A stretch of 64,000 nucleotides of DNA. It comes from a candidate division WWE3 bacterium (lineage in GTDB: Bacteria; Patescibacteriota; WWE3; UBA101185; UBA10185). The DNA lies in the NCBI GenBank assembly GCA_052035175.1, contig JBPOHV010000001.1:233569-297568 (forward strand), written 5' to 3'. Below are positions 30,943 through 40,851 of the stretch, in pieces (position 1 is the stretch's first letter; each line of letters opens with the position of its first letter). The position numbers and the translations under genes are program-made. The notes below the pieces were generated by a model that saw nothing but the letters and a program-made list of their open reading frames with translations, was not told the DNA's origin and made no database searches.

Positions 30943-31527
30943 ATGTTAAATGAAATTTTAATATCAAAAGTAAGAGTAGATATACTAAGGCTTTTTATAT
31001 TGAATCCCACAAAAAGCTATCATGTTCGCGCAGTAGTGCGTGAAGTTGGCGCAGAGATAAATGCTGTACGTCGAGAACTTTTACGTCTGGAAAATATTAA
31101 TTTGTTACGCAAAAGGCAAAGCAGCAATAGATTATATTATGTTGTAAATGTAGATCATCCATTCTTTTCTGATTTACTTTCGATGTATGGCAAAGAAGAA
31201 GGTCTTGGTGCTCTTTTATTAAAAAACATGAAACACCTTGGAAATGTAGAGTTTGCTTTTTTGGCAAAAGCTTTTTTGGGTGGGCGTGTTTCGACACCTT
31301 TGGATGTAGATTTATTTATTGTTGGAAATAAGGTTAATCTTGAAGTGCTAAAAAATTTAATTTCACAATTTGAATCTTCTTCTGGTAAAGAAATAAATTA
31401 TAGCGTTATGACCAACGACGAATTTTTACAAAGAAAACGCAAGATGGATAATTTTGTAACTAAACTTTTGATTCAGGGTCGCGTAATGCTTCAAGGCAAC
31501 GAAACCGATTTAGCTTCGATGATTTAA
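30943..31527 (+). CDS. Winged-helix protein with a C-terminal minimal nucleotidyltransferase-like segment
   Basis: N-terminal ArsR-like wHTH pattern. GGRVSTPLDVDLFIV resembles a GS/DxD NTase motif. Confidence 0.4.
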   Translation: MLNEILISKVRVDILRLFILNPTKSYHVRAVVREVGAEINAVRRELLRLENINLLRKRQSSNRLYYVVNVDHPFFSDLLSMYGKEEGLGALLLKNMKHLGNVEFAFLAKAFLGGRVSTPLDVDLFIVGNKVNLEVLKNLISQFESSSGKEINYSVMTNDEFLQRKRKMDNFVTKLLIQGRVMLQGNETDLASMI

Positions 31528-31530
31528 TTC

Positions 31531-33180
31531 TTGTGGTATGCTTTTTGTGTGAAACGATGGAATATTAAAGGTGAATTTGATTCTTCTCAAGATCTACTAA
31601 CTCAGCTTCTTAAGTTACGAAATTTATCAGACACTTCAGACTTTTTATCAGATAAAACTTTTGAAGAGTATACAAAAGAATTTTCTACAGAGTTCATTTC
31701 ACAATTACAAAAAGCATCTGCTTTAATTTTAGAACATATAAAAAATGGTACACCCATAATTATTCACGGTGATTATGATGCAGATGGCATTATGTCGACG
31801 ACAATTTTATATAAAGCTTTGAAAACACATCTTGAATATAACAACGTGTACTATTTTATTCCTGATAGATTTAAACATGGTTATGGTTTATCAATGAAAT
31901 CTTGTGATGCAATGTTTGAGATGACAAGCAATCAGCCTTTTTTGTTAATTACAGTAGATTGTGGAATTACTTCTGCAAAAGAAGTCGACTTTTTAAAGTC
32001 AAAAGGTTGCACGGTTATAGTCACAGACCATCATCAAAAACCAGAAACAATCCCGGCATCTGATGCATTAGTTTGGAATGATACTTTGGTAGGAGCTTCG
32101 ATAGCTTTTTTACTTACAAAGTATTTGGACATTAATGATAGCGCTGATATTGCTTATGCAACTGTTGCAACTATTACAGATCTACAAAAGCTAATTGGGT
32201 TTAATCGTGCCTTAGTAAAATCTGGTTTAAAAGTCATCAATAGTAATAAATGCCCAGCCGGGTTGTCTGCTTTATTAGAAATCGCAGGGAAGAAAGATGC
32301 ACAAATTACAGCATATGATATGGGGTGGGTTGTTGGTCCAAGAATAAATGCGACTGGTAGGATAAATACAGCAACAGCAGCGCTAGATTTGTTTTTGTCT
32401 GCGAATATACCAGCTGCATTAGAACACGCCAAAAATTTGCACAGCTTAAATGCTGATAGGCAAGTTTTGACAGAAGAAATGTTTGGTTTGGCAGATGTAG
32501 CTAATGAAGAACCTTTACCTAAAATACTTTTTTCACATAATGTCCAGTATCACGAGGGCATAATTGGTTTAGTCGCTGCAAAACTAGCTCAAAAATATTA
32601 TCGCCCTGCGATTGTAATAAGTATGGAAAATGAAGTAGCAAAAGCGTCTGTGAGATCTGTTCCAGGAGTAAATGTTATTGAGTTCTTAAGAAGTTTAGAT
32701 TTTCAATTTTTAGGGTTAGGAGGTCATCCTATGGCTGCGGGATTTTCTATAGAAAAAGCTAAATTATCAGAATTAGAAGAATGTATAAAAAAAGCATCTG
32801 AACTACAAATATCTGATGAAGTTTTAGTACCAACTGTCTATATAGATATGGTTTTGCCTTTTGAAGAAATATCTCAAGAAATGTTAAATACGTTGTCGGT
32901 TATGGAACCATTTGGCGTAGGAAATGAAGAGCCTACATTTGCTTCAAAAAAAGTAACAATAGGTCGTATTGATAAAGTAGGTACCAATAAAAATCACTTG
33001 TCTTTAGATTTTGTAAGTGACTCGGGGGTTTTGCGAAAAGGTATATTGTTTAATTTGGCAGAAGATTTCAAAGACCTTTATTTAGGCCAAAAAGTAGATA
33101 TCGCTTATAAAGTGCAAAGTAAAGAATATAAAGGTAAAACCTATATAGACCTTGTTCTAAAAGATATTGTTGCTATCTGA
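31531..33180 (+). CDS. recJ: Single-stranded-DNA-specific exonuclease RecJ
   Basis: DHH motifs (HGDYDADGI and TDHH). Confidence 0.8.
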   Translation: MWYAFCVKRWNIKGEFDSSQDLLTQLLKLRNLSDTSDFLSDKTFEEYTKEFSTEFISQLQKASALILEHIKNGTPIIIHGDYDADGIMSTTILYKALKTHLEYNNVYYFIPDRFKHGYGLSMKSCDAMFEMTSNQPFLLITVDCGITSAKEVDFLKSKGCTVIVTDHHQKPETIPASDALVWNDTLVGASIAFLLTKYLDINDSADIAYATVATITDLQKLIGFNRALVKSGLKVINSNKCPAGLSALLEIAGKKDAQITAYDMGWVVGPRINATGRINTATAALDLFLSANIPAALEHAKNLHSLNADRQVLTEEMFGLADVANEEPLPKILFSHNVQYHEGIIGLVAAKLAQKYYRPAIVISMENEVAKASVRSVPGVNVIEFLRSLDFQFLGLGGHPMAAGFSIEKAKLSELEECIKKASELQISDEVLVPTVYIDMVLPFEEISQEMLNTLSVMEPFGVGNEEPTFASKKVTIGRIDKVGTNKNHLSLDFVSDSGVLRKGILFNLAEDFKDLYLGQKVDIAYKVQSKEYKGKTYIDLVLKDIVAI

Positions 33181-33227
33181 CAACGCCTATCTACTGATAT
33201 ACGAGCATTTGCTATAATCACCGTATT

Positions 33228-34637
33228 ATGTTGGAAAATCGTACACTTATTTCAGAAACACCAAATAAATCAAGTTCAATTGTAACTCTATATGGGTGGG
33301 TTGATAGCGTGAGAGATCACGGTAAAGTGACTTTTATTGATCTGCGAGATTATTCAGGGATTATTCAATGTGTAGCTGTAGGTAAAATGAAAGACGTTCG
33401 TTCAGAAGATGTAATTTCTCTTATAGGTTTGGTAAAAGCTCGCCCAGCAAACATGGTGAATGCCAATATCCCAACTGGTAGTATCGAGCTTGAGGTTCAA
33501 GAATATACAATTTTGAATGCTTGCAAAGATTTACCAATTCCATTAGACACTTCTGGTTTAGAAATTGAAGAAGAAAAAAGATTCAAGTACAGATATTTGG
33601 ATTTACGCCGAACACGTCTTAGTAAAACTTTGAGAATGCGTTCCGCTTTTATAAAAGGTTTACGCGATTATTTATACACAAAAGATTTTGTAGAAGTCGA
33701 AACGCCTTTGTTAACCAAATCTACAAAAGAAGGTGCGCGTGACTTTATTGTTCCCTCGAGATACCACCCAGGTAAATTTTATGCTTTGCCACAAAGTCCT
33801 CAACAATATAAACAATTGTTGATGACTGCTGGTGTAGAAAAATATTTTCAATTGGCTAAATGTATTCGCGATGAAGATTTGCGTGCTGATCGAGGTTATG
33901 AATTTACTCAACTGGATATTGAGATGAGTTTTGTTGAAATGTCTGATGTAATGCATATTATCGAAGAGTTAGTTAAGTCGGCTATAAAATCTGTGGGTGG
34001 TAAGTTAAAAGACGAAAACTTTCCAGTTGTTCCTTACGATGAGGCTTTGTCAAAATATGGTGCAGATAAATTTGATTTAAGAAATGATCAAGAAAAAGCA
34101 GATGGGGTTTTGGCATTTGCATGGGTAACAGATTTCCCATTTTTCAAAAAAGTAGATCAAACTGATGCTGCAGAAGTAATCGATGGTAAAAGTGGTTGGA
34201 CCTTTACGCACAACCCTTTTAGCATGCCGTACAAAGAGCACGTTCAAAATCATTTAGATCAAAAAGACATAGATAAAATAAGAGTGTACCAATATGACCT
34301 GGTATGTAATGGTTATGAAGTTGGTGGCGGTAGTATTCGCGCGCATGATCCAGAAATTTTAAAAACAACTTTTAAGATAATGGGTTATACAGAAGAAGAA
34401 ATACAACAAAGCATAGGTCATATGTTGGAAGCATTTTCATATGGAACACCACCTCATGGTGGAATTGCGCTGGGTGTAGATAGGTTGGTAATGTTACTCG
34501 CTGGAGAAACTTCTTTGAAAGAAACAATTGCATTTCCAATGTCTTCGAGTGGTAAAACATCTGTGATGGACGCTCCGTCAATTGTTGATGAAACTCAATT
34601 GAAAGAACTTCATATTCGTACAGTAGAAAAAAAATGA
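33228..34637 (+). CDS. aspS: Aspartyl-tRNA synthetase, short form lacking the GAD insertion domain
   Basis: Class IIb motifs. The bacterial-type C-terminus (GGIALGVDRLVMLL...IAFP) is present, but the protein is only 469 aa. Confidence 0.8.
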   Translation: MLENRTLISETPNKSSSIVTLYGWVDSVRDHGKVTFIDLRDYSGIIQCVAVGKMKDVRSEDVISLIGLVKARPANMVNANIPTGSIELEVQEYTILNACKDLPIPLDTSGLEIEEEKRFKYRYLDLRRTRLSKTLRMRSAFIKGLRDYLYTKDFVEVETPLLTKSTKEGARDFIVPSRYHPGKFYALPQSPQQYKQLLMTAGVEKYFQLAKCIRDEDLRADRGYEFTQLDIEMSFVEMSDVMHIIEELVKSAIKSVGGKLKDENFPVVPYDEALSKYGADKFDLRNDQEKADGVLAFAWVTDFPFFKKVDQTDAAEVIDGKSGWTFTHNPFSMPYKEHVQNHLDQKDIDKIRVYQYDLVCNGYEVGGGSIRAHDPEILKTTFKIMGYTEEEIQQSIGHMLEAFSYGTPPHGGIALGVDRLVMLLAGETSLKETIAFPMSSSGKTSVMDAPSIVDETQLKELHIRTVEKK

Positions 34638-34695
34638 AGTTAATTCTAGATTGTTATAAATAACTATTTCATAGAATCCAAAAGTGTTTTAACAT

Positions 34696-35772
34696 TTGCA
34701 TATGAATTTTTCGTATGTATTTGTAATAGACTCACTGAGATTTATTCTTATTGATCTACTTAGATGTTTTTCGTACATTTTGTATTTTCCAGATTACCTC
34801 GCGAATTTATCAAAGCGAACTCTATTTTTATCTATGTTAGTGCTTGTTTCTACATTGAGTTTTGGGTATACATATGTGCGTATTTTTAATACATTACGAG
34901 CCTCACAATATTTGGCTGATGGTATTGTGAATAATTTTTATACATTCAATGCCGACATAGCAATTGCAAATGTTGTACTCGGTGCTGCTGATGAAAATGT
35001 AGGTCCTATAAAACTTCAAGACGTTGTGCCTCCTTATGTCACTGCCAGGTCTGTATTTGCAGTAGATAAAAAAACAAATGCAGTTTTGTTTGAACAAGCG
35101 GCGTCAGAAAAACTTGCACCAGCATCTACAGCCAAACTCATGACTGCGTTAGTTAGTTTAGATCTATATGAAGATGAAGAATTGGTTACTGTTCCAAGTG
35201 TTTGCACAACTGTAGATAGTACAAAAGCTTGGTTACCTGCAGGCGATGTTTTTAAATTTAAAGATTTGTTAAATGCATTATTGATTTCTTCTGCTGGCGA
35301 TGCAGCATGCACATTGTCTACAACGAAACTAGGATACGATGCATTTGTCGATAAAATGAATCAAAAAGCTTTGGCACTTGGTATGTCTGACACACATTTT
35401 TCTAACCCTATTGGTTTGGATGGTTTAGATAATTCAAATTATTCTACTGCCGCTGACCTTTACAAATTGGCTTATGCTAGTATGCAAGTAGAAAACATTA
35501 GAAATATAGTTTCTCGTCGAGAGTATAATTTGGCATCGTCGACAAATGATTTCAAAACAAAGTTGCGCACTACCAATCTTTTATTAAACTCTTTGCCAGG
35601 TACTGTGGGTATCAAAACTGGGACAACCCAATCGGCCGGTGAAGTTTTTGTTTATGAGTATTCTTTGGATAATAAAGATATCGTGATCATCGTGATGGGA
35701 AGCAAAGATAGATTTACTGACACAAAGAATATTTTGAACTGGGTTTTACAATCATATTCGTGGGAAGAATGA
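34696..35772 (+). CDS. D-alanyl-D-alanine carboxypeptidase (S11 / PBP5-like)
   Basis: SxxK (ASTAK). KTG (GIKTGTT). N-terminal TM/signal. Confidence 0.7.
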   Translation: MHMNFSYVFVIDSLRFILIDLLRCFSYILYFPDYLANLSKRTLFLSMLVLVSTLSFGYTYVRIFNTLRASQYLADGIVNNFYTFNADIAIANVVLGAADENVGPIKLQDVVPPYVTARSVFAVDKKTNAVLFEQAASEKLAPASTAKLMTALVSLDLYEDEELVTVPSVCTTVDSTKAWLPAGDVFKFKDLLNALLISSAGDAACTLSTTKLGYDAFVDKMNQKALALGMSDTHFSNPIGLDGLDNSNYSTAADLYKLAYASMQVENIRNIVSRREYNLASSTNDFKTKLRTTNLLLNSLPGTVGIKTGTTQSAGEVFVYEYSLDNKDIVIIVMGSKDRFTDTKNILNWVLQSYSWEE

Positions 35773-35782
35773 TTTTGATTTG

Positions 35783-36838
35783 CTAAAAATACAACATTAC
35801 ACCTTTATTTTTTACTGTAAAAATGAAGTCAGAAATATAACCAGTGTCTCGTATCTTTTCTCTTATTCTAGATATAGTTTTGTATAATGCTTCGAGAGAA
35901 AACTTGTCTAAATTTTCATGCCATACAATATCTCCCAGCGTATCAAATGTAACAATATTTGGTGATTCTTTCATCAGCTTTTGCATCACTTGTACTTCGG
36001 TTGACGTCAGATAGATTTCAGATTCAAATACTGTAAGTATATTACCTTTGATTTCTAGGCCATCTTTTTTTGCAACCGCAAAACCTAGTTTTTGTAAATA
36101 AATATTAGAAGCTTTTTGTGCTTGAAGTATTAATTCTTGTTCGCTAGGTTCTACTATGTCTGTATAACGAATATGTTTACTAAGAGGCGCAAGTACAGAA
36201 AATTTGCGCAAGAAATCTACTAAAAATTGACGAGCTTTCCAATACTCGGGGTTTTGCTCGTCTTTTTTCCAAAGGAGACTCAACACTGTTGCTGCACAAA
36301 TTGGGAATATCGTACTTTCAATAGGAAAGTCTGTTCGATAAGAAAGCCAAAGTTCTAATACATCTTTATCCTTTTTAAAAAAGAAACTGTTTGCACCAAA
36401 TGGCGTAGGTATTATATTGATTTCTACTTTTGTATACGCTTCTTTTACTTCGTAAAAGAAGCTAAAAAATTCAGATAAAACTACTTTATTATTGTCGATG
36501 TAGTCGATTAGTTTTGTCGCATCATAGTGGAAGGTGCTAAACGGATCATTTAAGATAGCCGGACTTTTTTTGTATATTTCAATATCATAAGTAAGAGGTG
36601 AGCTGATATTGCTATCAGAATGTTTTAGAAAATTCCTTTCATTAATTTCGATATCTGTTGTGGGTAAAACAACTTCATATAAATTGTTTAATTTCATTGA
36701 TAGGTCTGTGAGGGTTGGTTTTGGAGAAATGATAAAACCCTTTTTTTGTAAAACTTGGTTTTGGATGTTGCTTAGATAATAGATATAAAGCATTTCCAAG
36801 CGTTCTTTTTCTGATCTTATTTTTACTGATATATCCAC
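35783..36838 (-). CDS. Protein with a C-terminal OmpR/PhoB-type winged-helix DNA-binding domain, no receiver domain, and an unknown N-terminal domain
   Basis: C-terminal ...DIVWHEN..SLEALYKTISRIREKIRD...KNKGVML matches the trans_reg_C pattern. Paralogous to the ORF at 63284-63997. Confidence 0.55.
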   Translation of the reverse strand: MDISVKIRSEKERLEMLYIYYLSNIQNQVLQKKGFIISPKPTLTDLSMKLNNLYEVVLPTTDIEINERNFLKHSDSNISSPLTYDIEIYKKSPAILNDPFSTFHYDATKLIDYIDNNKVVLSEFFSFFYEVKEAYTKVEINIIPTPFGANSFFFKKDKDVLELWLSYRTDFPIESTIFPICAATVLSLLWKKDEQNPEYWKARQFLVDFLRKFSVLAPLSKHIRYTDIVEPSEQELILQAQKASNIYLQKLGFAVAKKDGLEIKGNILTVFESEIYLTSTEVQVMQKLMKESPNIVTFDTLGDIVWHENLDKFSLEALYKTISRIREKIRDTGYISDFIFTVKNKGVMLYF

Positions 36839-36938
36839 TACAAAATTATATATTAAATGTGGGCTGTCAGCCCACCGTCAGGCCACACGAGTATATGCAC
36901 CCTATAGTAGTATTACCAATCTAACTAAGGAGTCTGTT

Positions 36939-37355
36939 ATGAACAATCCACTTTATCGTCAGCATTGCATTGTAGCAATGCTCAATCTATTCAACCTTCT
37001 GCCAGAAATATCAGCTAAAAATATAATTTTATGGCTAGATTTATTGGAAGGTGAAAAAGACATACCGCATCTAAAAAGCTTGGTCGCAGCAGTTGGGTCA
37101 AGTGCCATTATAGACTTTATAAAAAGTGATTTTATAAATTATAATGTTGGGCATTTGAACTTAGGCACTATTGCCGATGCCGCAAGTCCTATAACAATGC
37201 TGGGTCCGCTTGGTCCAGACCCACTAACTGCGTATCGCTGGAATCGCTGGATTTTCATTCTGTTCGCTATGAAGTTCCCTGATAAGGTAGAGCAGAGTGA
37301 TTGGCGTGATGAATTGTTTAGTAGAACACCATATTTTAGGGTGACCGGTTTATAG
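36939..37355 (+). CDS. Hypothetical protein
   Basis: AAGGAG Shine-Dalgarno 7 nt upstream. Length 138 aa. Confidence 0.45.
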   Translation: MNNPLYRQHCIVAMLNLFNLLPEISAKNIILWLDLLEGEKDIPHLKSLVAAVGSSAIIDFIKSDFINYNVGHLNLGTIADAASPITMLGPLGPDPLTAYRWNRWIFILFAMKFPDKVEQSDWRDELFSRTPYFRVTGL

Positions 37356-37470
37356 TCTTTTAACTGTAGGGGAAACCCTTTGCCTGACACATACAGTTTC
37401 TCCGCTTAGCGGGGTTTACGAAACAGGCAAATACTTTATAAACTATTCAATCTCTTGAAGAGCTCTAGCG

Positions 37471-38595
37471 CTACTCAGTCTTTATGAACTCTCTTGTTAT
37501 AGCAGGGAAGTAATAAACAATATTTCCACCTTGGCTAGCAGGACCAGTATAACTTCCTTCAAAAACATAAATCGGTTGTAAATATGTTTGGTCTGAGCTT
37601 TCTGTGTCGTAGTATGCCAAGTAGATATTGTTAATAAAAACATTATCAATTTTCCCATATGTATAAGCAATAAATGGATTTGCATTTTTTGGTTTGACGC
37701 TAGCTACAACACCGTTTCCATCTTGAATTTGTGTCCAAGCTTCTTGTGCTGTGATTATTGGATATGTAGCTTCTTGACCGGTATTTAATTCTCTATAATG
37801 AACGTCTAGATTTGGATAGTTGTATACCGAAGTTTCTTTGGAAGGTATACGTACCCAAATGCGCAAAAGACCTTTATAAAATTCTGGAGTTACTATTGGG
37901 TAGTCATTTACATCTCTAAATAAGTCAACGATAGCGACTTGAGCTTCTCCAGATAAGTTTGTTTCAACAATTGTTTGCCCAGCATACTTTCCCAAAGCAA
38001 CTATTGCCCTGCCTTTTTCGTATTGTGCTTTATCGAGCCTTCCAAGACTTCGCAAAATATTTTTTGCAATTGTAAGTGCTGCAGCTTTACTCAGTCCAGT
38101 TCCTGTATAAAATTGTGGTTTTGTCTTGATATCGTTTTGCATAATCATATCGAGTGTATTTATTTTTATTTCTAGAAATGCGTTTGAACCTATATCTCGC
38201 CATCGATAAACATCACCTTTCAAATCAGTGGTCAAATCTTCTGGCCCAAATCCAAGTAGTGCAGCGTCATCAATAGCTTTTTTCCCTGCAGAGTAGGCGT
38301 AGCCAGCTGCTTTGTATGTATAGACAGGTAACTTTCTTGGAAGATCTGCAGGTAGATCCCCATTTTTTGTGTTGAGTGTGTATTTTACTGTTTTATCGAT
38401 TTCTTTTGATTTAAATTTGATTTGAGGTAAAACTCCATATTTTATTGTGGGAGGGTCTTTTTCTGGGATGAGTACTTTTATCGCGGCTTGTGATAAAGGA
38501 AAAAGTACATAAACAGATAAGTAGTAACTGGCTACAACTCCTACGACTATGTACATGCTTTTTTTAGCAAATTTTGATGTTTCGTAAAGTGTCAT
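37471..38595 (-). CDS. Hypothetical membrane-anchored secreted protein
   Basis: N-terminal TM helix and a large extracytoplasmic domain. Confidence 0.5.
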   Translation of the reverse strand: MTLYETSKFAKKSMYIVVGVVASYYLSVYVLFPLSQAAIKVLIPEKDPPTIKYGVLPQIKFKSKEIDKTVKYTLNTKNGDLPADLPRKLPVYTYKAAGYAYSAGKKAIDDAALLGFGPEDLTTDLKGDVYRWRDIGSNAFLEIKINTLDMIMQNDIKTKPQFYTGTGLSKAAALTIAKNILRSLGRLDKAQYEKGRAIVALGKYAGQTIVETNLSGEAQVAIVDLFRDVNDYPIVTPEFYKGLLRIWVRIPSKETSVYNYPNLDVHYRELNTGQEATYPIITAQEAWTQIQDGNGVVASVKPKNANPFIAYTYGKIDNVFINNIYLAYYDTESSDQTYLQPIYVFEGSYTGPASQGGNIVYYFPAITREFIKTE

Positions 38596-38689
38596 AGCAA
38601 ATGTGTTTAGTTCATATTAGCATAACAAACGTGCTTATTACTTGTATATTTGAAAGCTTTTTGAATATAGCGTAGAATCTGGTCTTGCT

Positions 38690-39322
38690 ATGGCTTCTCA
38701 TATAAAAAAACACTTTATTTTTGATCTTGACGACACTTTGGTGGATGGTAGGTTGTTTTGCGGTGAAACTATGGCAAGAACTGTAGCTTTTTTTGAGCCT
38801 AATGTTGATTCTCAAGCAGTTATAGACTTACATGAAGAGATAAGAGGTAGGACCGTTGTAGATTTGTATGAGGCTGCTATACGTAGATTTGGGTTAACCA
38901 CTCCGCTTAATCTATTATTAGCAAAAGACTCTGAGATTATGTTGGCCGAGTCAGATAAAATTAGAATCTTTGAGGGTGTTATAGAAATTTTAGATTTACT
39001 AAGATCTAGAGGTAAAACACTTCATATTTGTACTAATAGAAAGTCAGACTCGCTGTTACCTATATTGAGAAGCAATGGGTTGGAGAATTACTTTGACAGT
39101 GTTGTCTCCTGTATAGACGCTGGCTATAAAAAACCAGATGCAAAATGTTTGTTGGATATTATGTCTAGAATCGGTGATGATGCAGACTCATATATATATT
39201 TTGGCGATTCTGAGATAGATTACCTTTTTGCTAAAAATGCAGGTATTGAACATATTATCTTCGACCAGTATATGAATGGGAAAAATCTTTTTAAAAAGCT
39301 TATAGACTTATTTTTAATATAA
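38690..39322 (+). CDS. HAD-superfamily hydrolase (phosphatase)
   Basis: Motif I FIFDLDDTLVD. Motif IV GDSEID. Confidence 0.75.
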   Translation: MASHIKKHFIFDLDDTLVDGRLFCGETMARTVAFFEPNVDSQAVIDLHEEIRGRTVVDLYEAAIRRFGLTTPLNLLLAKDSEIMLAESDKIRIFEGVIEILDLLRSRGKTLHICTNRKSDSLLPILRSNGLENYFDSVVSCIDAGYKKPDAKCLLDIMSRIGDDADSYIYFGDSEIDYLFAKNAGIEHIIFDQYMNGKNLFKKLIDLFLI

Positions 39323-39354
39323 ACTGTTTTTGCCCATAGTGTAGAATACATGTT

Positions 39355-40773
39355 ATGAGAACTAGGATGGCGCCAAGCCCAACAGGTGAATTTCACATAG
39401 GAAGTATGCGTACTTTATTGTATAGCTATGCCCTAGGTAAGCAAAACGGCGGTCAATTTATCTTACGTATAGAGGATACAGACAAAAAAAGAGAAGTTGC
39501 GGGTGCTTTAGAAAGATTACAAAAAGTCGTACACGACTATGGCCTTGACTGGGATGAATATTATAAGCAGTCTGAGCGTTTGGAAATATATCAAAAGCAT
39601 GCAAAAGAGTTAGTAGAAAATGATAAAGCTTACTATTGTTTTTGTAGTGAAGATCGCTTGAATACAATGCGTGAAGAACAAAAAGCAAGGGGTTTGCCAA
39701 CAACAAAATACGATGGCTTATGCCGTAGTATTTCTTTATCAGATGCAAAAGCACGTGTCGAAAATGGCGAGTCTTATGTAGTAAGGCTCAAAGTACCAGT
39801 AAATGAAGATGTTCATTTTGATGATGCTATCCTCGGTCATATAGTTTTTAATTCAAAAGACGTTGAAGATTTAGTTTTGTTAAAATCAGATGGTTACCCT
39901 ACTTATCATTTGGCAGTTGTAATCGACGACCATCTTATGAATATTTCGCATGTTTTGCGTGGGCAAGAATGGTTACCCTCAGCGCCAAAGCATGTACTTT
40001 TGTACAAAGCGTTCGGATGGGATATCCCTGTACATGCTCATTTACCAAACCTTAAAGATAAAGGCGCAACAAAAAAGCTTTCTAAGCGTTTTGGCGATGT
40101 GCATGCTGTAGCATTTTTAGAGAAGGGTTATTTGCCAGAAGCATTATTAAATTTCTTAATGTTTTTGGGTTGGAATCCTGGAGGGGAAAAAGAAGTCTAT
40201 ACTTTAGAAGAGTTTGTTAAAGATTTTAGTTTGGCACGAGTTCACAAAACTGATTTGGTAGTTTTTGATCGTGAAAAGCTAGCTTGGTTTAATGGTCAGT
40301 ATATTAGATCTCTGGACACAAAGGCTTTATTAGCAAAATTGACTTTATGGGCTGAAAACTTTGATGTAACTCTTGTTTCTAGTGGCGCCGATGAAGCGTA
40401 TGTTTTGAGAGTGTTGTCATTGGTACAAGAAAGGATGAAGCTTTTATCTGAGTACAATAGCTTAGTCGATTATTTTTATATGCGCCCGATGGTAGATAGC
40501 TCTTTGTTTTTGAAATACACGTCAGATATAGACAGAGCAAAAGTTATTTTAAAAGGGTTTCATAATATTCTAATATCACTAGACACTTGGACGATCGTAG
40601 AACTACAAGAAAAGCTTTATGCATTTATAAAAGAAAACAATTATTCTGCAAAAGAAGCTTTCATGACATTGCGCATTGCCTTAACGGGAAAAGATGCAAC
40701 ACCGCATATTTTTGATATGTTAGAGTTGTTTGGTAAAGAAGAGTCTTTATCACGAATTTCTGCAAATTTCTAA
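39355..40773 (+). CDS. gltX: Glutamyl-tRNA synthetase
   Basis: HIGH (FHIGS) and KLSKR (KMSKS) motifs. Length 472 aa. Confidence 0.85.
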   Translation: MRTRMAPSPTGEFHIGSMRTLLYSYALGKQNGGQFILRIEDTDKKREVAGALERLQKVVHDYGLDWDEYYKQSERLEIYQKHAKELVENDKAYYCFCSEDRLNTMREEQKARGLPTTKYDGLCRSISLSDAKARVENGESYVVRLKVPVNEDVHFDDAILGHIVFNSKDVEDLVLLKSDGYPTYHLAVVIDDHLMNISHVLRGQEWLPSAPKHVLLYKAFGWDIPVHAHLPNLKDKGATKKLSKRFGDVHAVAFLEKGYLPEALLNFLMFLGWNPGGEKEVYTLEEFVKDFSLARVHKTDLVVFDREKLAWFNGQYIRSLDTKALLAKLTLWAENFDVTLVSSGADEAYVLRVLSLVQERMKLLSEYNSLVDYFYMRPMVDSSLFLKYTSDIDRAKVILKGFHNILISLDTWTIVELQEKLYAFIKENNYSAKEAFMTLRIALTGKDATPHIFDMLELFGKEESLSRISANF

Positions 40774-40851
40774 TATTTTTGGAAATTAAATTATTGAGGT
40801 GTTGTGGATAACTGTTAAAATATTTTTAATCATCAATTTTGAAAGGTAAAT

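Noticed and set aside
36858-36876. GC hairpin GTGGGCT-GTC-AGCCCAC in the divergent promoter region.
   Set aside because: Isolated 7-bp stem without a U-tract, in a region with two divergent promoters. It cannot be assigned a function from sequence alone, so it is not reported as a feature.
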